Assembly (NCBI GenBank): GCA_965249175.1
Contig: OZ252227.1
Location: 6,320,043-6,384,042, forward strand
Direction: 5' to 3'
DNA length: 64,000 nt
Source of the DNA: Vicinamibacterales bacterium
Lineage (GTDB): Bacteria > Acidobacteriota > Vicinamibacteria > Vicinamibacterales > UBA8438
Part shown: positions 53,144-61,604 of the stretch, one piece after another
Layout of the letters: the number at the start of each line of letters is the position of its first letter
How positions within the stretch are numbered: position 1 is the stretch's first letter
The notes under the pieces: model-generated
Databases searched by the model: none
What the model saw: the letters and a program-made list of their open reading frames with translations, nothing else
What the model was told of the DNA's origin: nothing
Position numbers and translations under genes: made by a program

Positions 53144-55288
53144 ATGATCGCGCTTGGCCGTTTCCTCACCGGAGCGGTCGTGGCTGCTGCCATCGTCGCG
53201 CCGGCGAGCATGCACGCTCGCCAGTCGGGCGTGACCGGCGAGTGCGTAGACGCGATCCGCGAGTCGGGTCCGGACGCCGACCTCTATTGCATCGAGCTCT
53301 TCCCCACACCCGAGCTCCGAAACGCCGCCGGCCGCGTCGAGCTCGGGCGCGTGCCCTCACCGTTCGGCACACGCGTCTCGTCCGACGGGCACCACGAGTT
53401 CGACGTTGCGCTGGCTATCCGCGGCCTGCCAGACCCGTCGTCACTCGGGCCGTACACGACCTACGTGGCCTGGGCCACCACACCGCTCCTGCGGCCAATG
53501 GTCAACCTGGGACGGGTGAGCAACGGCCGCGTCGATCTGGGGCGGGTGGCATTCGACAAGTTCCTGATCCTCGTCACGGCCGAAGCGTCGGTCGACGTCG
53601 ACACCTATCAGGGGCGCCTCGTGCTCCGCGGCATCTCTGCCAGCATGCGCATGGAGCCGGAGGATCTGCTGCAGCTCACCGGTATCGTCGGCAACCGTGG
53701 CGCACGAGCATCGGACTGGCCTGTCCCGCTGCCACATCCGCTCGTCGAGATGATGCCGGGCGTTGGTGACCTGCGGCCAGCGGTCACGCCGTACACACCG
53801 GAAACGCCACGTGGCGAGCCCGCCCCCCCGGCGCGACCACGTGAGGTCGTCACGCTCCCCGACGGCGGCACGCTCGATCTCGAGGCGGCGCTCGTGACCC
53901 GCACCGTCAACGGCCGGACGTTCACGATGTTTGGCTTCAACGGCCAGTACCCCGGCCCGTTGATCCGGGTGCCGCAGGACGCGACGATCACCGTGAACTT
54001 CACCAACAGACTTGACCTGCCGACTGCCGTCCACTGGCACGGCATCCGTCTGGACAATCGGTACGACGGCGTCCCGGGTGTGACGCAGGAGCCAGTGGAA
54101 CCGGGTGATGGCTTCCAGTACCGCATCCACTTCCCCGATGCCGGGATCTACTGGTACCACCCGCATCACCGCGAGGACATTCAGCAGGAACTCGGCCTCT
54201 ACGGCAATCTGCGAGTCGACGCACGCGACCCCAACTATTTCGGTCCGGCCAACCGCGAAGAAACGCTGATGCTCGACGACCTGTTGATGGGCGCCGACGG
54301 CGCGGCGCCGCTACCGTTCGGGCGCGAACGGGCCACGCACGCACTGATGGGACGCTTTGGCAACCTGCTGCTCATCAACGGTGAACCCGAGTACCGCCTC
54401 GCCGTCGACCGCGGCGCGGTGGTCAGGTTCCTTTTGACCAACGTCTCGAATACGCGGACGTTCAATCTCTCGTTCGCTGACGCGCCGATCAAGCTCGTCG
54501 CGTCGGATGTCGGCAAGTTCGAACGCGAGACGTGGGTCGAGAGCGTCGTCATCGCCCCGGCGGAGCGCTACGTCGTCGAGGTACGGTTCCCGGACGCGGG
54601 GGATGTGGCGCTCGTCAACCGCGTGCAGAGCATCGATCACGTGTATGGCAATTTCTTTCCCGAGACGTCGGCGCTCGGGCGGATCTTGGTACGTGGGACC
54701 CCGGCGCAGCCAGATCATGCTGCCACGTTCGACGCCCTGCGCACGCATGGCGATGTCGTAGCGGACATTGACCGGTATCGTGTCGACTTCGGCCGCCCGG
54801 TCGACCGCCGGTTGCTGCTCACGCTCGGGGTGGACCGGCTCCCCTATCCGCTCGAGACGCTTCTCAACCTCGACGCCAGCTTCTTCAATCCGGTCGAGTG
54901 GAGCGGCACGATGCCGCGGATGAACTGGGTGACCACGACCGACCAGGTCGAGTGGATCCTTCGCGACGAGGACACCGGGGAGGAGAACCTGGCGATCGAC
55001 TGGTCGTTCCGCATCGGAGACCGGGTGAAGATCCGCCTGCGCAATGACCGAACGGCCGTCCACGCGATGCAGCACCCGATCCACATACACGGCCAGCGGT
55101 TTCTGGTGCTGACACAGGACGGCACGCCAAACGACAACCTCGTGTGGAAGGACACGATGCTCCTGCCGGTAGGGTCGACCGCTGACCTGTTACTCGAGGT
55201 GTCGAATCCGGGACGTTGGATGCTACATTGCCATATCGCGGAGCATCTCGAATCGGGTATGAAGCTGGTGTTCGACGTCAGCCCGTGA
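53144..55288 (+). CDS. multicopper oxidase
   Basis: Copper-site motifs HWHGIRL, WYHPHH, HPIHIHGQRF, HCHIAEHLESGM. Confidence 0.85.
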   Translation: MIALGRFLTGAVVAAAIVAPASMHARQSGVTGECVDAIRESGPDADLYCIELFPTPELRNAAGRVELGRVPSPFGTRVSSDGHHEFDVALAIRGLPDPSSLGPYTTYVAWATTPLLRPMVNLGRVSNGRVDLGRVAFDKFLILVTAEASVDVDTYQGRLVLRGISASMRMEPEDLLQLTGIVGNRGARASDWPVPLPHPLVEMMPGVGDLRPAVTPYTPETPRGEPAPPARPREVVTLPDGGTLDLEAALVTRTVNGRTFTMFGFNGQYPGPLIRVPQDATITVNFTNRLDLPTAVHWHGIRLDNRYDGVPGVTQEPVEPGDGFQYRIHFPDAGIYWYHPHHREDIQQELGLYGNLRVDARDPNYFGPANREETLMLDDLLMGADGAAPLPFGRERATHALMGRFGNLLLINGEPEYRLAVDRGAVVRFLLTNVSNTRTFNLSFADAPIKLVASDVGKFERETWVESVVIAPAERYVVEVRFPDAGDVALVNRVQSIDHVYGNFFPETSALGRILVRGTPAQPDHAATFDALRTHGDVVADIDRYRVDFGRPVDRRLLLTLGVDRLPYPLETLLNLDASFFNPVEWSGTMPRMNWVTTTDQVEWILRDEDTGEENLAIDWSFRIGDRVKIRLRNDRTAVHAMQHPIHIHGQRFLVLTQDGTPNDNLVWKDTMLLPVGSTADLLLEVSNPGRWMLHCHIAEHLESGMKLVFDVSP

Positions 55289-55329
55289 GGATGGGCTCCG
55301 CCCTGGCGCTAGCTGCTAGAGGAGTGTTC

Positions 55330-56745
55330 ATGCGTACCGCGCTGCTGCTTGTCTCCGTCATCATCCTGTCGGCCGGTCTGGCCGCGCAGCCGGCCTCGTC
55401 CCTCTCAGCGAACGTCCGCGAGTTCATCCAGGTGGATGCTCCGACCGTCGCGCTGACCCACGTCCAGATCGTCAACGGCACCGGCGCGCCGGCGGCCAGC
55501 GACCAGACCATCGTGGTCCGCGACGGACGCATCGCAGCGGTCGGTCCTCGCGCAACTGTCGCGATCCCCGACGGAGCCGAAGTGCTCGAGCTGATGGGTC
55601 ACACCGTCATCCCCGGCATCGTCGGGCTGCACGACCACACGTTCTACATGACCCGCGGCCGTCGGGTACAGCTCAACGAGAGCGCGCCGCCGCTCTACCT
55701 GGCAAGTGGCGTCACCACCATCCGGACCACCGGGGCGTTCTCGCCATATAGCGAGCTCAACTTGAAGAGCTCGATCGCCGCCGGCGAAGTGGTGGGGCCG
55801 CGGATGTACATCACGGGGCCGTACATCACAGGCGCCGGGGCGATGTCCCAGATGAAATCCGTCTCCTCTCCGGAGGACGCGCGGCGGGTGGTGGCTTACT
55901 GGGCCGACGAAGGGGTTGACTGGTTCAAGGCATATACGCGCATCGGGCAGGACGAGCTCGCGGCCGCCATCGACGAGGCCCACCGGCGCGGCGTCAAAGT
56001 GACCGGCCACCTGTGCTCGGTCTCCTTCACGGAGGCGGTGGGGCTGGGCATCGACAACATTGAGCACGGCTTCTTTACAAACAGCGACTATGTCCGGGAC
56101 AAGGAGCCAGGGGTCTGCCCGCCCGCGGTCCGGCAGAGCCTGCTCGACGTCGATCTCGACGGCGCGGAGGTACGGATGACGATCCGCGAGATGGTCGATG
56201 CGAACGTGGCGATGACGTCGACCCTGGCGGTGTACGAGCTGAGCGTGCCGAACCGACCGCCGCTCGAAGATCGCGTGCTGGAGATGCTGGCACCGGCGGC
56301 GCGAGAGGAGTACCTGGAGACCCGCCGTGACATCGCCAGCCTCGACGAGTCGCCGATGTCGACCCTCTTTCCGAAGGCGCAGGCGTTCGAGAAGGCGTTC
56401 TTTGACGCCGGCGGGCTGCTCGCAGCCGGTGTCGATCCGACCGGCATCGGCGGCGCCTTGCCGGGCTACGGCGACCAGCGGAACTACGAGCTCCTCCTCG
56501 AGGCGGGCTTCACGCCTGAGCAGGTGATTCAGATCATGACGCTCAACGGCGCCCGGGTACTGGGCGAAGAGGAGCGGTTCGGGTCAATCGAGCCGGGGAA
56601 GCTCGCCGACCTGGTTGTCATCAACGGCGACCCGGTGCGGCGTGAATCCGAGATTCGCAACGTCACGCTCGTCTTCAAAGAGGGCGTCGGGTACGACTCG
56701 CCGAAACTCATCGACTCGGTCAAAGGGCTCGTCGGCCTTCGTTGA
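55330..56745 (+). CDS. secreted amidohydrolase family protein
   Basis: Start trimmed to MRTALLLVSVIILSAGLAAQ. Motifs IPGIVGLHDHTF, VKVTGHLC, IEHGFF, GSIEPGKLADLVVINGDP. Confidence 0.8.
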   Translation: MRTALLLVSVIILSAGLAAQPASSLSANVREFIQVDAPTVALTHVQIVNGTGAPAASDQTIVVRDGRIAAVGPRATVAIPDGAEVLELMGHTVIPGIVGLHDHTFYMTRGRRVQLNESAPPLYLASGVTTIRTTGAFSPYSELNLKSSIAAGEVVGPRMYITGPYITGAGAMSQMKSVSSPEDARRVVAYWADEGVDWFKAYTRIGQDELAAAIDEAHRRGVKVTGHLCSVSFTEAVGLGIDNIEHGFFTNSDYVRDKEPGVCPPAVRQSLLDVDLDGAEVRMTIREMVDANVAMTSTLAVYELSVPNRPPLEDRVLEMLAPAAREEYLETRRDIASLDESPMSTLFPKAQAFEKAFFDAGGLLAAGVDPTGIGGALPGYGDQRNYELLLEAGFTPEQVIQIMTLNGARVLGEEERFGSIEPGKLADLVVINGDPVRRESEIRNVTLVFKEGVGYDSPKLIDSVKGLVGLR

Positions 56746-56780
56746 CAGTCATGGATGGTTGACCGAACCAATCAGGGACC

Positions 56781-57782
56781 ATGACGACGCCGGCCTCCAC
56801 GACGATGAAGGCCATCGTCTGTTCACGATACGGATCCCCTGACGTCCTCGGCTTGAAGGAGGTGCCAACACCCACACCCAAAGACGATGAGATCCTGGTC
56901 AAGGTGCAGACGGCCGCGATCAACGACTACGACTGGGTCATGGTCACCGGCAAGCCACGTGCGTATCGGCTGATCTTCGGGTTGCTGAAACCAAAGTTCG
57001 GAGTGCTCGGGGTAGACGTGGCGGGTCGGGTGGCAGCCGTCGGCGCGAGCGTCACGGCGTTCCGGGTCGGGGATGAGGTGTACGGCGATCTCTCCCAGTG
57101 CGGCTTTGGCGCCTTTGCGGAGTACGTCTGCGCGCGCGAACGTCACCTGGCCCACAAGCCGGCCGGCATGAGCTTCGCGCAGGCCGCAGCCATTCCCCAT
57201 GCCGCGATGCTGGCCGTGCAAGGCCTTATCGACGCTGGGCAGATTCGAGACGGGCAGAAGGTGTTGATCAACGGCGCGGGGGGCGGCGTGGGAACCCTCG
57301 GAGTCCAGATCGCCAAGCGATTCGGAGTCGAAGTCACGGGCGTCGATAGCACGGAGAAGTTGGACTCAATGCGCTCCGTCGGGTTCGATCACGTCGTCGA
57401 CTACACCCGGGAGGACTTCACCCGAAGCGGCAAACGCTACGACCTGATTCTGGATACAAAGACGACTCGATCACCGTTCGCCTACGCGCGCGCGCTGAGC
57501 CCCGGCGGAGCTTACGTCACGGTCGGAGGTGCCCTACCGCGAGTCCTTCAGGTGTTCGTCTTGGGCCCGTTGATCTCCAGGATCCGCGGCAAGGCGATGC
57601 GCATCGTCGACCTGAAACCGAACAAGGACTTGGAATACGCGAACGGGCTGTTCGAAGCGGGTAAGCTTACGCCGCTCACGGACGGCCCATACGCCTTGGA
57701 TGAGGTTCCAGAGGCTCTGACGTTGTTCGGCAAGGCAAAACACAAGGGGAAGGTGATCATCAACGTTGCGCAGGAAGTGTAG
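56781..57782 (+). CDS. NAD(P)-dependent MDR-family (quinone oxidoreductase / alcohol dehydrogenase-like) oxidoreductase
   Basis: 333 aa. GQKVLINGAGGGVGTLGVQIAKRFG Rossmann motif with an MDR N-terminal fold pattern. Confidence 0.85.
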   Translation: MTTPASTTMKAIVCSRYGSPDVLGLKEVPTPTPKDDEILVKVQTAAINDYDWVMVTGKPRAYRLIFGLLKPKFGVLGVDVAGRVAAVGASVTAFRVGDEVYGDLSQCGFGAFAEYVCARERHLAHKPAGMSFAQAAAIPHAAMLAVQGLIDAGQIRDGQKVLINGAGGGVGTLGVQIAKRFGVEVTGVDSTEKLDSMRSVGFDHVVDYTREDFTRSGKRYDLILDTKTTRSPFAYARALSPGGAYVTVGGALPRVLQVFVLGPLISRIRGKAMRIVDLKPNKDLEYANGLFEAGKLTPLTDGPYALDEVPEALTLFGKAKHKGKVIINVAQEV

Positions 57783-57808
57783 GAGGCGCTGTCACGGACC
57801 TCTCGCCC

Positions 57809-58213
57809 GTGCGGGATGAGGCCGGTATGCCACACCGAACGGACGTCGATGCCTTCTTGGCCGCGTACCCGCCCCGGGTGCGGGAAGTGGCCCGCGCGGC
57901 CCGCCGGCTGCTGAAACAGGTGCTCCCTCGGGCCGCCGAGACGCTGGACGAGACCGCGAGGATCATCGGATACGGCTACGGTCCGGGATACGCCGGCCTG
58001 GTATGCACGCTGATTCCCAGTCGGGCCGGTGTGAAGCTCGGTATCGTTCGCGGCGCCGAGCTAGATGACCCCAGGGGATTGCTCGAGGGCAGCGGAAAGG
58101 TCCATCGCCATGTGGCCCTGCGGAGCCCCGCCGACCTGAAGCGGCCCGGCATTCGTCCGCTCCTCAAGGCCGCACTGGCAGCGTGGAGAAGACGACAGGC
58201 CGAGACAGGCTAG
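57809..58213 (+). CDS. DUF1801 (YdhG-like) domain protein
   Basis: VDAFLAAYPPRVREVARAARRLLKQVLPRAAETLD...IGYGYG pattern. Alternative ATG at 57827. Confidence 0.55.
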   Translation: MRDEAGMPHRTDVDAFLAAYPPRVREVARAARRLLKQVLPRAAETLDETARIIGYGYGPGYAGLVCTLIPSRAGVKLGIVRGAELDDPRGLLEGSGKVHRHVALRSPADLKRPGIRPLLKAALAAWRRRQAETG

Positions 58214-58373
58214 TGAGAGGCGATTTTGGACCCCCCCCCGGCCACGAGCCAAGCCCTCGAACTCGCCGCCCCGACCACATCGGCCTGGCGTTTGTCTTGC
58301 GTACAGCCGCGGGACGTCGGCCGTCGTTCGAGTTGTGTGGGACGCACCTCGCCGTTGGACTCCGTGTCGGATT

Positions 58374-58781
58374 CTAGTGTCGGTCTTTGCGATGGACGAG
58401 GCCGACGAGTATTCCTGCAACCGCAAAGTGCAGCGTCCCCAACGCACCTTGGATCAGAGCCCACGTCCCCACCGAAGGCACGGTGAATCTGCTTGGAATA
58501 TCCAGGGCTACGAATGGAACGACAAGCACGGCGGTCAGTAGACCGAACTTGAGCCCCCCCATGACGGGCGTCCCCTGAACGTTGGTCATGGGATACAGGA
58601 TTGCGAAAGCAATGCCAGTGACGAGCGTCGCGGGCATGCCCAGGTAGATGAGCGGGGCGTCCCGCATCGTTGCGATCGACGCGAAATACTCTCCCGCAAT
58701 GACGAACCCCACCATCCCTTGAATGACAAAGCTTGAGATAAAGAACGCAACGGCACCTAGCGCGATTTTTGTGTAGTTCAT
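58374..58781 (-). CDS. small four-TM membrane protein of unknown function
   Basis: Only the last 135 codons (from MNYTKIALGAVAFFISSF) of the 602-aa track ORF are hydrophobic and gene-like. The rest is antisense to the PEP-utilising gene. Confidence 0.5.
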   Translation of the reverse strand: MNYTKIALGAVAFFISSFVIQGMVGFVIAGEYFASIATMRDAPLIYLGMPATLVTGIAFAILYPMTNVQGTPVMGGLKFGLLTAVLVVPFVALDIPSRFTVPSVGTWALIQGALGTLHFAVAGILVGLVHRKDRH

Positions 58782-58907
58782 GCTGGTGCCATTGTGGCCG
58801 GATTGGTCGCACCGAAGCGAGGGCAGCCCGATACTGGCTCCATGCTCCTTCGACCGGCAGCCGATACGATACCTAGGCGCCGCACGCCAGCGCGCCACGG
58901 CAGATTC

Positions 58908-61575
58908 ATGGCAGGTGACGAGACGCGTGTCCACGAGTTGCCGGTGGGGCCGGTGCTGAACTGGGCGCAGAGTGTCCAGGCTGGCCCGCCGCACGTGGGC
59001 GGAAAGGGCTGGAACCTGGGCCGCCTGGCCCGGTACGGCTTCCGGGTGCCGGCGGGGGGTGTCCTGACCGCCGCGGCCTACGAGGCGCTCGTGGCCCGGC
59101 CCTCGCTGGCCGAGCAGGTCGCCGCTCTGGCCGCCGTCGAGGCCGACGCGGTCGACGAGGATGCTGTCCGCGAACGCCTCGGTCGCCTGCGCGAGGCGAT
59201 CGCGTCCGAGGCGCTTCCGGACGAGACCCGGTTGGCGATCGGCGCGTTCCTGCGAGGGGCCGGCCTCGACGATCGTCCGGTCGCTGTGCGGTCGAGCGCC
59301 GTCGCCGAGGACGGCGCCGGCACCGCCTTTGCCGGGATCCATGACAGCGTCCTCGGGGTCGTCGGTGCCGACGCGGTGTGCGCTGCGGTCCTGCATTGCT
59401 TCGCCTCGCTCTGGACTCCGCAGGCGGTCGCCTACCGGAGACACTTCGGCGTAGCCGACGATGCGACCCCGTGCGCGGTGGTCATCTGCGATCTGATCGG
59501 CGACCCCACAGAGGGATCGATCGCCGCGGGCGTCGCGTTCTCTTGCGATCCGGTGACGGGGGAGCGGGGCGTCGTCACCATCAACCTCGCGGCGGGCGCC
59601 GGTGAGGCTGTGGTCGGCGGCGGTGTCAACCCACAGCAGTACGCGGTCAGGCACGGCGGCCGGACGCGGCACGTCGAGCGGACCGACGCGATCGGAGCAC
59701 CCGCCGTGCTCGACGACCAGCACATCGACACCCTGGCGCGGCTGGTCTTTCGCGTGCATTGGGCGCTGGGAGACGGCGACGTGCCGCAAGACGTCGAGTG
59801 GGCCTGGGACGGCAACGACTTCTGGCTTCTCCAGGCGCGTCCGGTGACGCGGATACCGCGGTGGACCTTTCCCGGCGTCCCCACTCGCACGACGACCTGG
59901 TCGAATGCGAACGTCCGCGACTCGTTTCCCCGACCGCTGACGGTGCTGACCTGGTCGTTCGTCGACGCCAGCGCCCAGGCGATCGTCTATGCCTCGCTGC
60001 AGGTCGCCGGGTACCCGCTGCCCGCCGGCATGGAGGTGATGCGTCGGTTCGGGGGCCGTCCTACTTCGACCTCGACAGCCTGCAATGGAGTCTCTTCGAC
60101 GCGGTCGGCATCCCCCCGGGGAGACCAACCGGGCCATGGGCGGGTTCCAGCCAGAGATTTCGGTCCCGGCGGGCAACCCCACGCGCGGGCGCAGCGGGCG
60201 CGCCCGGCTGTGGCGCCGCCTCCGGCTCGCCCGGTACCTGTGGAACTTTCATCGCAGAGCCGCGCCACGCATCGCAGCGATGATCGAGCGCGCCCGGCAG
60301 TCGCGTGCGACCGATCTGTCGACGCTGAGCGATGCCGCGCTGCAGGACGAGTCGCAGCGGGTCCAGGACATGGGTCTCGACTACCAGCCGGTGCTGCAGA
60401 TCGCGGCGACCTACTACGGCGCCTGGATGAACGCGATGCAGGACGTCCTCGAGCGCGCGACCGGCGATCGCGCCCAGACCCTGGTCGGCCGGCTCCTGGC
60501 CGCGTAGGGTGATGTAGCCAGCGCCGAGCAGGGGTATCGGCTCCGAGAGCTGGCCCACGAGGTGGGTGACGACTCGGACGCGATCCGAACGCTGGACGAC
60601 CCCGACCCGTTCGCCTGGCGCGCGCTCCCTGACACCTGCCCGTTTCGGATCGCGATGGAGCGATATCTGGACGACTTCGGTCACCGGGCGGTGTTCGAGA
60701 TGGAGTTCGCGAGTCCGCGCTGGTCGGAGGACCCGTCGTATTTGCTCGAGCAGATCCAGTTTCACGTCGAGCATCCCGATCTAGGCGACCAGCGCGCTCA
60801 TGCCGTCGACGTGCGCCAGCGCGCGGAAGCCGGGTTAGCCGACGTGCCGGCCTACGCCCGACCGATCGTCCGGTCGCTCCTCGGGCGCAGTCGACGGGGC
60901 GCCGCGTTGCGCGAGAACGCGAAATCGGGCACGGCCGCGGCCGTCGCCATGATCCGGCAGATCTGTCTGGAGATCGGCCGCCGCCTGCAGCGGACCGGGC
61001 ACCTTGCCACGAGCGACGACGTGTTCCATCTGGGGTTCGTGGACATGGAGGCGTTCCTGGACGGGTGGTGGGACGGCAGCGGGGCCGCGGCGCTGGTCGA
61101 AGACCGTAAACGCCGTCTCGCCGACCAACGCCGATACACGCCGCCCGGCGTCGTCACCGACGCGGCCCCCTCGGTCGCTGGTGGCCGGGCGGTCGGCCCG
61201 GTACAGGAACCGGACCCCGCGACCAAGGCGATCGCCACGTCGTGGACCGGGGTGGCGGCTGCGCCGGGCACGGCTGCTGGCAACGCGTGCGTGCTGGAGA
61301 CGCCGCACGACGGTCGGCGTATGCGCCGGGGCGACGTCCTGGTGGCGCCGTCGACCGACCCTGGCTGGACCCCGCTGTTCCTCCGTGCTTCGGCCGTGGT
61401 GATGGAGACCGGCGGCTACCTGTCGCACGGCGCGGTCGTGGCGCGGGCATACGGACTGCCGGCCGTCGTCAACGTGCACGACGCCATGCGCAACATTCGG
61501 GACGGCGACGACCTGCAGGTCGACGGGGACGCGGGCCGCGTCAGTCGGAGGTTCGGGGACGCCGCAATGCGATAG
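58908..61575 (+). pseudogene. PEP/pyruvate-binding, PEP-utilising enzyme (PpsA / rifampicin-phosphotransferase-like), two frameshifts plus an in-frame TAG
   Basis: N-terminal ATP-grasp part (HVGGKGWNLGRLARYGFRVPAG, VAVRSSAVAEDG, DVEWAWDGNDFWLLQARPVT) is in frame 0. YFDLDSLQWSLFDAVGIPP is in frame 2 from ~60058. ETNRAMGGFQPEI... is in frame 1 from ~60117. TAG at 60505-60507. The C-terminal mobile domain METGGYLSHGAVVARAYGLPAVV is in ORF 60562..61575. Confidence 0.75.
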
Positions 61576-61604
61576 AGTGGGCGTTCTCTTTTGGGGGGCA
61601 CCAC

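Noticed and set aside
58782-60182. Upstream ~467 codons of the 602-aa minus ORF 58374..60182
   Set aside because: It is antisense to the ATP-grasp part of the PEP-utilising pseudogene and has no motifs. Only the last 135 codons (58374-58781) look like a real membrane-protein gene.
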